Below, one piece after another: positions 7,438 to 15,859 of a stretch of 23,531 bases of DNA. This DNA comes from Silvanigrellaceae bacterium. GTDB lineage: Bacteria > Bdellovibrionota_B > Oligoflexia > Silvanigrellales > Silvanigrellaceae. Within the stretch, counting starts at the first letter, position 1. Each line of letters starts with the position of its first letter. The position numbers and the translations under genes are program-made. A model generated the notes under the pieces. That model saw only the letters and a program-made list of their open reading frames with translations, was not told the DNA's origin and did no database searches. The stretch lies in NCBI GenBank assembly GCA_049423385.1, contig JBMSQQ010000055.1, positions 1-23,531 of the forward strand, written 5' to 3'.

Positions 7438-9570
7438 CTAGCCAGCACTTCGCAAAGCTTCTTCCGGGAAAACCTTCTGAGCCTCTGCAGCTGGAATGAC
7501 AAAGAAAAATCGTGTCTGCTTGCTGAACTGATCGAAGCCGATCGAACCTTCATTTCTTCTCACAAGTTTCTGGCAAAATGCCAATCCCAAGCCCATGCCG
7601 GAATCAATGGTCTTGGTGGAAATCTCGAAATCAAAAAGCTTGTCCCGAATGTCTGCACGGGGACCCGGACCACTGTCGATCACGCTAATCTCGACAGAAT
7701 CGCTTTTGTCTCCGGCTGCCTGAATCTGTCGACTGCTGATGCGTATCCACTTCTCATCTGCACCGGACACTGCATCGAGCGAATTTGACAGCAGGTTCAT
7801 CATCACCTGAACAACGTCACTCCGACGAGCCAAAGCAAATGAGTCCTCTGCAATCTCAATTGAAAATTTGCAGGACAATGTGAATGTTTTGGCTTCAAGA
7901 AGTTGCAATGCATCCTCACATGCCGAACGAAGGTTGACGGCCACCACCCCTTCACGAAGCCCATCACTGGACAACGTCTTGATCGAACGAATGGTATGTA
8001 TGATCGAATCCAGGAGCGAAAACATTTCTGAAACCTTTTGAAGCACAGACTGGGCAACGGGGAACGCTTGTTTGTCCTGTGAGTGGGCCGAAGAGAGGAT
8101 TTCGTCGCGGATTCGCTCGGCCTTCAGCCGCACGGCAAAGACTGGATTCAAAACTTCATGGGACGTATACCGTGCCGCCAGTGCCAGAGTCTTGTCGCGC
8201 ACACTCGCCTCGAGATGTTGCTGAGCGGCAGCAAGATTGCCGAGTGCAGTTTCCTTTTCGTTCATTGTCCTGCGCATTTTCTCGGAAAGCACGAATGAAA
8301 GCAGAATTCCTTCCAAACAAGCAGCCAGAGTGACAATGTTGATCGTGAATGGGGTTGAAGGCAGCCAACCAAACATTTTGACGCAGTAAACAAACGCCCC
8401 GAGGAACAGGATGCTTTCCGAAATCAGAAAGAGATTCGCGATCCGGCCATAGATGGGTCGAACCCTCCATGCACGCACCAATGAAAGGCATGTCGACGCC
8501 AGTGCAGCAATATTCGCCTCGATGGACGCGAAGAATCCTCCCTCCACAATCTGCAAAAGAATTCCAACGAAACACATGACAAAGAGTCCAGTCCAAAGCT
8601 TTTTTTCCAACCCCACGAGCGGAGCATCCCTGAACACCGAGAGGGTGAAAGCCATATAGGAAAGACTGCAAAGATTGATCAGCAAATTTGCTGAATTGTA
8701 ATGAAGCCAAAGAATATCTGGCCAAATAAACATGTGACCACTGCCATTGATGGCTACAATCATCAAACTGATGGAAGCAATATAGGCTCCGTAAAACAAG
8801 AATTCTTTTTCGCGTCTGGCCATCCCCACCATGGCATTGTAAATCGCCAACAACATCAGCCCGCCAAAGAACGATGCGTTGATGACCATTTCACTGACAA
8901 TCTCACTGAGAAACTCGCGCTCTGCCAACAACAATAATGGCACGCTCATGCCGGGGGCACGCAGGCGCACCAACGCATAAAAGTCACGACCTGGTTCAAC
9001 CTCCAATGGAAATGAAACGTGCCGGATGTCATTCAAGCCTTGTGAGCGAGGCAACAATTTGTCGCTGAAAGGAATGGTCTCACCGAGCTTGAAAGTTTCG
9101 CGGGAACCAGCATCTCCCAGGCGTTCAAGAGGTGTGAACGATCCATTGATATAGGTATGGCGAAGCTGAAGAACGTAGCGCGAGGCCAAAGACTCGGGGC
9201 GATTGCTGAATTTCATCAGCACCCACACTCCTTCGCGCATGTATCCCAAATCCAGTGTTTCATTGCTTCCCGTGAATGTCTTGAACTCACCAATATTCAA
9301 TTTTTCCAGGGCACTTTGTGGTGAGATTTCATTGCCGACAGTTTCCGTGTAATAGGAGAACTCAACCTTTTCTTGAGATGGAGTGCGATGCCCCATCAGG
9401 TGACCCGTCACGAGAAGAAACCCGAAAATCGCAAACAGAACCAGAAAATAACCACCTTCATTGGATGGCGGAGTCCGCCCCACAGGTTCCTTTGCAGAGT
9501 TTGGCCGGAAGATAGCCTCTCGGATCAGATTCTTGAGTCCACTCATCAGCTCTGCCCCCTGTTCTGCCAA
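7438..9570 (-). CDS. 7TM-DISM sensor histidine kinase (DISMED2-like periplasmic domain, 7TM, HisKA, HATPase_c)
   Basis: 'LDLGYMREGVWVLMKF' and 'RHVSFPLEV' (7TMR-DISMED2-like); 'FFGGLMLLAIYN...FLFYGAY...GHMFIWP' (7TM-DISM); H-box SHEVLNP, N-box QVMMNLLSNSLDA, G1 DSGPG, G2 GMGLGL. Start uncertain (9570 or 9546). Confidence 0.85.
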   Translation of the reverse strand: MAEQGAELMSGLKNLIREAIFRPNSAKEPVGRTPPSNEGGYFLVLFAIFGFLLVTGHLMGHRTPSQEKVEFSYYTETVGNEISPQSALEKLNIGEFKTFTGSNETLDLGYMREGVWVLMKFSNRPESLASRYVLQLRHTYINGSFTPLERLGDAGSRETFKLGETIPFSDKLLPRSQGLNDIRHVSFPLEVEPGRDFYALVRLRAPGMSVPLLLLAEREFLSEIVSEMVINASFFGGLMLLAIYNAMVGMARREKEFLFYGAYIASISLMIVAINGSGHMFIWPDILWLHYNSANLLINLCSLSYMAFTLSVFRDAPLVGLEKKLWTGLFVMCFVGILLQIVEGGFFASIEANIAALASTCLSLVRAWRVRPIYGRIANLFLISESILFLGAFVYCVKMFGWLPSTPFTINIVTLAACLEGILLSFVLSEKMRRTMNEKETALGNLAAAQQHLEASVRDKTLALAARYTSHEVLNPVFAVRLKAERIRDEILSSAHSQDKQAFPVAQSVLQKVSEMFSLLDSIIHTIRSIKTLSSDGLREGVVAVNLRSACEDALQLLEAKTFTLSCKFSIEIAEDSFALARRSDVVQVMMNLLSNSLDAVSGADEKWIRISSRQIQAAGDKSDSVEISVIDSGPGPRADIRDKLFDFEISTKTIDSGMGLGLAFCQKLVRRNEGSIGFDQFSKQTRFFFVIPAAEAQKVFPEEALRSAG

Positions 9571-9744
9571 GCTCGAATGGATTCGGAACTTATTTTATTT
9601 CAGCATAACAATTTGTCTAAACATAAGTATTATCAGCCACCTAAGACCACAAATACATTCTTCCCCATGGACTTGCCATCTTGTTCAATGCTGATAAAGT
9701 CCGCAGTTCAGAGTTCCAGAAATTTATCACTATTGGGAGTTGTC

Positions 9745-11145
9745 ATGAGAGTTTTGCCACTCGCAATCGCCTTGGTCGTCGGTTCACTTCAATGGGGCGC
9801 ACAGGCAGCAAACATCGGGATTGTTGATTCCGGTCTGGACATCAAGCATCCGAGTCTTGCACAACGCACATGGACCAACCCTGGTGAGATTCCTGCCAAC
9901 AATCTCGACGATGAACAGGATGGATATATCGACGACCTCCACGGCTGGAATTTTGTTGAAAACAATGGACTTCTCCTCGATCCCAAGTACCTCAACACAT
10001 TCCCACCAGAGACTTCCCGCTTCTTTGAAATCCAGAAGAAGCTTCTCGAGGGTACCGCCACCGACGACGATAAAAGCTGGCTGAAAGACAATCTGCAGAA
10101 CAACGAGTTCCGCAAGAAGCTGGCAGTGTTCGGAAACTTTGTCCATGGAACACACGTTGCCGGAATCAGTGCTCGTAAAAATATTGCGGCTGAACTCATT
10201 GGCATCAAGCTTATTCCGACTGAAAATCCGCTCGCTCCAGAAAGTGTTCATGGAATTGGCGACAACGCGAAAGCGGCCCGCAGGTTCCTGACGAAAGTTT
10301 GGGACACGGTCTGGCCGGTGGTGCGTGACGCTGGTATCAAGGCGGGCCTTTCGAAACTCGCTGAAATCCAAAGCTCACAATTCATCAAAGTCGCATTGTA
10401 TTTGAATGACAAGAAGGCAGACGTGGCGAACTACTCGCTGGGCGTCAGCACCGCGGCTGCAGGAAACATCGTCAAGCCGCTTCTGAAAGCTCTTTTTGGC
10501 CGTGAGCCGACACAAGAAGAAGTCACCAAATACGCTTCGTTCCTCGTCGGAAAATTCGCGGAAAACGCCACCAAATGGGCGTCTCTTGCACCCAACACGC
10601 TGTTGGTGATGGCAGCCGGAAACGACGGCTCCGACAACGATCTCTATCCGGCTTCGCCAGCCAACGCGCGCGCGGCAAACACGATCACGGTCGCCGCCAC
10701 CCAGGGACGCGGCAAACTGGCTGTTTTTTCGAACTACGGTCGGCAAATGGTCGATGTGGCGGCTCCAGGAGTCGGGATCCTTTCAACCATGCCGGGCGGT
10801 GGAGAGCTGGTTCTGAGCGGAACCAGTCAGGCAGCGCCCTACGTTTCTCAGGTTGCTGGTGCCATCAAGGATGAAAATCCTGATTTGAGCGTTCATGACC
10901 TCAAGAGAATCATCCTCGGTACAGTGGACAAGCGAGATTGGCTTTCAGACAAGGTCAGCTCATCGGGAATCGTAAATCGCGATCGCGCTGTCCATGCAGC
11001 ACAACTCTCACACAAAATGACTGTTGCGCAGGCGATTGCCCAAGCGACCAAGGAGATTCCGGACCTCGAGACACCCTACGAGCGCGTGATGTCGGACGAA
11101 GACGAATCGCTGATTTGGGCACCCGAACTGTCATTGGGACTCTGA
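9745..11145 (+). CDS. Secreted S8 (subtilisin-like) serine protease
   Basis: Signal peptide MRVLPLAIALVVGSLQWGAQA with GGGAG RBS. Catalytic Asp (IVDSG), His (HGTHVAG), oxyanion Asn (AAGN) and Ser (GTSQAAP); Ca-binding-type 'NPGEIPANNLDDEQDGYIDD' loop. The ORF-track start at 9373 overlaps the kinase gene and is rejected. Confidence 0.92.
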   Translation: MRVLPLAIALVVGSLQWGAQAANIGIVDSGLDIKHPSLAQRTWTNPGEIPANNLDDEQDGYIDDLHGWNFVENNGLLLDPKYLNTFPPETSRFFEIQKKLLEGTATDDDKSWLKDNLQNNEFRKKLAVFGNFVHGTHVAGISARKNIAAELIGIKLIPTENPLAPESVHGIGDNAKAARRFLTKVWDTVWPVVRDAGIKAGLSKLAEIQSSQFIKVALYLNDKKADVANYSLGVSTAAAGNIVKPLLKALFGREPTQEEVTKYASFLVGKFAENATKWASLAPNTLLVMAAGNDGSDNDLYPASPANARAANTITVAATQGRGKLAVFSNYGRQMVDVAAPGVGILSTMPGGGELVLSGTSQAAPYVSQVAGAIKDENPDLSVHDLKRIILGTVDKRDWLSDKVSSSGIVNRDRAVHAAQLSHKMTVAQAIAQATKEIPDLETPYERVMSDEDESLIWAPELSLGL

Positions 11146-11152
11146 GAACATC

Positions 11153-11953
11153 TCAGCGTTTGACATTGTTGATATTGAAGATCGAGTCGTCGTGAGCTTC
11201 TTCTCGCGGCGACTCGTACGTTATGTTGGTGATATTCTTTTCGAAGGCTGCATCAACGATCCTCATTGAGCTCACAAATGGGATCTTTTTCGAACCGGAA
11301 TGCAGGACATTCTTGTATTCGAAAGTCGCGCTCTTGAAGAGCTCTCCTTCCAACGTTAGAAATTCCGCCTTGAGTGCCAGTTTGCTGTTTTTTGCGATCC
11401 AATAACGGATTTTATCGTAGGTCATGTTCTTGTCTTTGGCCTTGAGCATGAGCACCACCACAGGATTCCCGTTCAAAACATCTTCGCGCTCAAAAGTTGC
11501 CAGATAGTCCTTTGCATAATTGGTTGCCGCAATATCACCATTGGCAGCCTGTCCGCTGAGTCTTTGTCGCGCTGCGATGGCAACGGGCTTCTTGACCCCA
11601 GGCTTGATGAACCAAAGGTTCCTGTTGTTGAAGAGAACGACTTCTCCCTTGCAACGTGCCGGCTTGAAACACTCGGCAACCGCATTGACGCTCTTTGCCC
11701 GCACCGCATACTCGGAAGAAGTTGATTCACCATCTTCGGTCGAGTCGATTCGAATATTCCAGGTGACCCCAACAGCCAAACCTCCCCTGTAGCGATCGGA
11801 AGCACGCATCAGATCATCAACCAACGCTGGATTGGCTGCTGCACCAGGCGCAGCAGCAAGAGCATTCAACGACATGAAAAAAGGAAACAACGACATCAGG
11901 ACGCTTCCGCCCGCGAACATCCTCAACATCAATCCTCCTGCTCGCCCCTTCAT
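11153..11953 (-). CDS. Outer-membrane lipoprotein-sorting (LolA-like) periplasmic protein
   Basis: Signal peptide ending ALA-A. Family-typical segments 'KPVAIAARQRLSGQAANGDIAATNYAKDY', 'LKAKDKNMTYDKIRYWI' and 'KAEFLTLEGELFKSATFEY'. Directly downstream of an ABC ATPase (ATGA overlap). Confidence 0.78.
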   Translation of the reverse strand: MKGRAGGLMLRMFAGGSVLMSLFPFFMSLNALAAAPGAAANPALVDDLMRASDRYRGGLAVGVTWNIRIDSTEDGESTSSEYAVRAKSVNAVAECFKPARCKGEVVLFNNRNLWFIKPGVKKPVAIAARQRLSGQAANGDIAATNYAKDYLATFEREDVLNGNPVVVLMLKAKDKNMTYDKIRYWIAKNSKLALKAEFLTLEGELFKSATFEYKNVLHSGSKKIPFVSSMRIVDAAFEKNITNITYESPREEAHDDSIFNINNVKR

Positions 11954-12663
11954 GCTGCGCCCACCGACGAATGTTCTCCTTGCGCCAGGCGACCATCCTG
12001 AATTCGGACAATCGACCTCACACGCTTCATGAGTTTTTCATCATGCGTCGAGAAAAGAAACGTGACCTTTGTTGATTCATTGATCTTCAACATCAAATCT
12101 ATGATCATGTGGGCCGTGACCGAATCAAGATTCGCTGTTGGTTCATCCGCAAGCACGATTGCAGGCTGAGTGACAAGTGCTCGTGCAATGGCAACCCTTT
12201 GCCGTTGACCACCAGACAGGTGCTCCGGAAGATGCTTGGCATATTCAATCAGTCCCACTCGCTGCAACGCATCCATGACGCGTTGTCTACGTTCTTCCCG
12301 GGATACATTTTTCTGGATCGTCAGGGGCAACTCAATGTTGTCGAACACAGTCAAGACAGGAATCAAATTGAAATTCTGGAAGATAAAGCCAATTTTTTGA
12401 TTTCGCAGTTCACTTTTCTCGTTGTCGCTCAAACTCAGAACTGAACGACCTTGAATGATCACCTCACCGGAATCAGGTGTATCAACACAACCCACCATGT
12501 TCAGGAGTGTGCTTTTACCCGAGCCTGATGCACCAATCACGGCCGTGAAATCACCCTGCCAAAGTTTCAAATCGATTCCCCGCAGTGCTGGCGTCAGGGT
12601 CTTGCCAAACTGATAAGATTTGTGAACCGCGCTCAGCTGAACAACAGGCATATCACCAGACAT
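11950..12663 (-). CDS. ABC transporter ATP-binding protein, LolD/MacB family
   Basis: Walker A GASGSGKST, 'IGFIFQNFNLIP', signature LSGGQRQRVAIARAL, Walker B LADEPTANLD, H-loop STHD. Confidence 0.93.
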   Translation of the reverse strand: MSGDMPVVQLSAVHKSYQFGKTLTPALRGIDLKLWQGDFTAVIGASGSGKSTLLNMVGCVDTPDSGEVIIQGRSVLSLSDNEKSELRNQKIGFIFQNFNLIPVLTVFDNIELPLTIQKNVSREERRQRVMDALQRVGLIEYAKHLPEHLSGGQRQRVAIARALVTQPAIVLADEPTANLDSVTAHMIIDLMLKINESTKVTFLFSTHDEKLMKRVRSIVRIQDGRLAQGEHSSVGAA

Positions 12664-14281
12664 ATTTTTGCCCCAAGGAAATCACGAAACGTTGAGGAAG
12701 CGACGATTCGGAAACCAGCGGACCATGAAATCCGCCGGCTGCGAAATAAAATACAATGTTGTCATTGAAACCATTTTCAACGTAGGCAAAGCCTCCTCCC
12801 GAAGAATCAAGAACCGGCTTCCAGAAACGACCCAAAACTGTCCAATTCTTTTTGCTGCCAAAATTCGCGTGCCGAATTGACATAAAAATGCCTTTTTGAG
12901 CTCTGGCCTCAACCCCGGGCGTAAAGAAAAAGGGAAAAAGAAGGCTTTCCTTTTTGTAGATTTGTTCGGCAAGTCGCATCTCGGCTTGCGAATAGCCTGC
13001 GCTGTTGGAATATGCTTCCATCTTGACTTCAGTTCCGATGTCGAGAGTGTACTTCATTCCAAACAGAAGCTCATGATAAATATTTTCATTTGACAGCCGG
13101 GATTGCGCGAAGATGGTGTTCGACATTTTTTTTCCAGAAACCTGCGAAACAACCTCAACGGGCACGAGAATGTCGGAACCTTTCATGTGTCCCGCATCCA
13201 TGTAGATGCTCAAGGATTCACCAATCCCGAGAGAGAAATATTCGCCAATAAAAGGAAATCTTTGCCTTTCAGCGCCGCCAAGGACAACTCCAAAAAAATC
13301 GCTGCCGGAATTCCATGAGTATTCCGGCTTCAACATGAATCGCCGCCCTTCGTAAATTGACGGCAACATGCGTTTTTGGGCTTCGTATTCCGCAATCGTC
13401 ACCAAAGAAAATGATTCGCCGAGTGAAAAATTCAACCGCGCGGTTTGCCGGGTCTCAACCTTCGACTGGGGAGAACGAGTGATTGTTTCCGCGATTTGAG
13501 TCGCGCGATAAACCCAGTTGGAGGGACTGGCAAACTCGGTCGCACCCCACTGAAAATTCTCCTGACCAAAAGTCACCGCAAACCGGTTTGAAAAATTGAC
13601 GGTCGCAAAAGTCTCCCCAAGCTCGGGAGAAAATGAAGTTGTCGGCTGCCTTTTCCCGGATTTCAGAAACGACTGTTGATGACGAACTTCAAAATAGGGA
13701 CGAGCAGACAGAGAAAATGCATTCCCTGAAGCAAGCTTGATTTGACTCCTGAGCAGGGTCGACGTTTCGAGAAATGGCAGCAAGAGAGAATCATTTGTAT
13801 ATTCAGCACTTTTAAATGCAGCTTTGTTGAAATTGACGTTGTTCAGGTTCTCCATCGCAACATCGAGTTTCAAGGGACCTGTCGATGGTGGCGGAATCGG
13901 AGTTGCATTCGGAGGGTTGGTGGATTTTCCTTTTGCAGTTGAGCCTGTTCCTGTTTTTGCCGGTTCTGCCTTTTTTATTGGAACAGGAGTGGCTTGAGGC
14001 TTTTGGTTGTTTGCTGGAGTCGCTCTCGGTTCAGTGCTGTTGGCACCCGAGTTTGCATCGCCTGTCGGAAGTTTGTTGTTGCTGTTGCTGTTTATATTGT
14101 TGTTGCTGTTCGGTGGTGATTTTGCCTTCTGCTCTTTTGGGATACCTTGATACTCCGGCGGCTGCTCTGTTGCGAACGGATCAAAATCTGCTGCCGTGGC
14201 ACTTTGCGCGTTCAATAGTTGCGGCAAGCAACATGCCACAACAAAATTCAAAATAGATTTTCGATGAACACGAGTTGGCAC
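12653..14281 (-). CDS. Putative outer-membrane beta-barrel protein with long N-terminal low-complexity periplasmic region
   Basis: GTG start with GGGAG upstream. Signal peptide, then ~110 aa of Asn/Pro/Thr/Lys-rich linker, then amphipathic aromatic-rich strands ('FAVTFGQENFQWG', 'SLSIYMDAG', 'LLFGMKYTLD'). Ends in a beta-signal-like ISLGQKYVW. Confidence 0.62.
   Translation of the reverse strand: MPTRVHRKSILNFVVACCLPQLLNAQSATAADFDPFATEQPPEYQGIPKEQKAKSPPNSNNNINSNSNNKLPTGDANSGANSTEPRATPANNQKPQATPVPIKKAEPAKTGTGSTAKGKSTNPPNATPIPPPSTGPLKLDVAMENLNNVNFNKAAFKSAEYTNDSLLLPFLETSTLLRSQIKLASGNAFSLSARPYFEVRHQQSFLKSGKRQPTTSFSPELGETFATVNFSNRFAVTFGQENFQWGATEFASPSNWVYRATQIAETITRSPQSKVETRQTARLNFSLGESFSLVTIAEYEAQKRMLPSIYEGRRFMLKPEYSWNSGSDFFGVVLGGAERQRFPFIGEYFSLGIGESLSIYMDAGHMKGSDILVPVEVVSQVSGKKMSNTIFAQSRLSNENIYHELLFGMKYTLDIGTEVKMEAYSNSAGYSQAEMRLAEQIYKKESLLFPFFFTPGVEARAQKGIFMSIRHANFGSKKNWTVLGRFWKPVLDSSGGGFAYVENGFNDNIVFYFAAGGFHGPLVSESSLPQRFVISLGQKYVW
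14071..14110 (-). repeat. Asn/Ser-coding low-complexity (AAC/AGC)n tract
   Basis: gtttgttgttgctgttgctgtttatattgttgttgctgtt encodes an NSNNNINSNSNN(K) tract on the minus strand, inside the barrel protein's linker. Confidence 0.6.
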
Positions 14282-14471
14282 GTTCTCACTCCCACACCTC
14301 CAAGTTTACGAAAATCAAAATAAAACAAGGATGAATTTGCTTGCCGCAACGACGAGCATTTGTCGCAAAAATTCCGCCGCGAAACCGTCACCTCACGCCA
14401 ATGCACTGCACTTTTTTCCGACATCAAACGGAATTCCCTGCTAAGCTAAGGAAAACGCACGAGATTCAACA

Positions 14472-15842
14472 ATGTTTTGGAAGCAAGTATCGTTTGCCGT
14501 CCGCAATCTGGGGCGAAACAAGCGAAGAAACGCGGCGACTGCAAGCGCCATTGTTCTTGGTTATGCTGGGCTGGTGCTGCTCAGCGGCTTTGTCACACGA
14601 ATCGAAAAGTTTTTTCGCGCCACCTCAGTCTATTTCAATCAAACCGGAACGCTTTCCGTTTACAAACCGGGCGGGGTTGAAAAGCACCTGCTGTTTCCCA
14701 AAAAATACAGCATTTCCGAAACCGAACAACAAGACATTCGACGCATTGCCACAGAGCTTTTCCCGCAAGCGGAAGCCGTTGGTGCAACCCTCGAGGGATT
14801 CACCCTCATTGGCAATGGCTGCAAAACGTGGCCTGTAAAAATTCGCGGCATCGAACCTGAGTTGGAAAAAAGACTGACAAATCATGCCTCGGTTCGTGAG
14901 TTCGCGCCGGAACTCATCGCTGCGCGAAAAGGCAGTGGACTTTGGCAGCATCCCGGAATTGTTCCTGTGGTTGTGACCGAAAAGGTGGCTCGCAACCTGG
15001 GAAAAAGCAAAATCCGCCAACCTCAGTCAGAATTAGAATCGTCGGGCAACACGTCGACATTCGATTGTTCCGCAATCAATATCGAAGAACTTGTCGACAA
15101 TGATACAAACATTCAGCTTGCAGCTCGAACCTTCAGCAACGACTTCTCGGCAATCGATGCCGACATCGTCGGACATTATTCGAGCGGACTCGAACTTCTG
15201 GAGGAGTCAACCGCACTGATTCCCCTCAAGGATCTGCAGAGGTTGTATGAAACCGAAGGGGTGACCAACATGGTCATCTTTTTGCCTTGGGATGCGATCC
15301 CGGAACTGGCAGCAGAGAAACTTTCGAAGGCTCTCGCGAACGCCGGTCTGGAACTTGAGGTTCATCATTACCGGGAGCTTTCCGTCAATCCGTTCTATGC
15401 CGGTTTCATGAACCTGATCTACGTGATGAGTGTTTTTTTTCTTGCCCTCTCGATTGGTGTTGTGACTTTGACTGTTTCGGATGCCATGACTATGAGTGTG
15501 ATCGAGCGGTCTCGGGAAATTGGAACCCTGCGTGCACTGGGTTTCAAGCAGAAACAAATAACCCAGACTTTTGCGCTTGAAGGCCAAATTCTGGCGATTC
15601 TTTGTCTGCCAATGGGATTTCTGATTGCATTCACGACAAGCATTCTGGTCAATGCGGGAAAATTTTATTTTGAAGTTCCGGGAGTCTCGACCCAGGTTCA
15701 GCTGAATCTTGCAATCGATCCTTTGCATTGCTTGTGGCTTGGGCTGATGCTTATGTCCCTTTGTTCTCTTTCCGGTTGGCTGACATCAATCAGAACCAGC
15801 AGAAAAGAGATTGTCCGACTCCTGTCTTCTCATTCGTCGTAA
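14472..15842 (+). CDS. ABC transporter permease, FtsX/MacB/LolCE family (subunit 1)
   Basis: N-terminal 'FAVRNLGRNKRRN' plus TM1, a large periplasmic domain, 'MSVIERSREIGTLRALGF...FALEG', and three C-terminal TMs. Confidence 0.9.
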   Translation: MFWKQVSFAVRNLGRNKRRNAATASAIVLGYAGLVLLSGFVTRIEKFFRATSVYFNQTGTLSVYKPGGVEKHLLFPKKYSISETEQQDIRRIATELFPQAEAVGATLEGFTLIGNGCKTWPVKIRGIEPELEKRLTNHASVREFAPELIAARKGSGLWQHPGIVPVVVTEKVARNLGKSKIRQPQSELESSGNTSTFDCSAINIEELVDNDTNIQLAARTFSNDFSAIDADIVGHYSSGLELLEESTALIPLKDLQRLYETEGVTNMVIFLPWDAIPELAAEKLSKALANAGLELEVHHYRELSVNPFYAGFMNLIYVMSVFFLALSIGVVTLTVSDAMTMSVIERSREIGTLRALGFKQKQITQTFALEGQILAILCLPMGFLIAFTTSILVNAGKFYFEVPGVSTQVQLNLAIDPLHCLWLGLMLMSLCSLSGWLTSIRTSRKEIVRLLSSHSS

Positions 15843-15859
15843 GCAAAGGAAGATTCCGC

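Noticed and set aside
9373..9744. 124-aa N-terminal extension of the S8 protease (possible propeptide)
   Set aside because: Overlaps the kinase gene on the opposite strand and AT-rich promoter DNA, and lies before the clear RBS and signal peptide at 9745.
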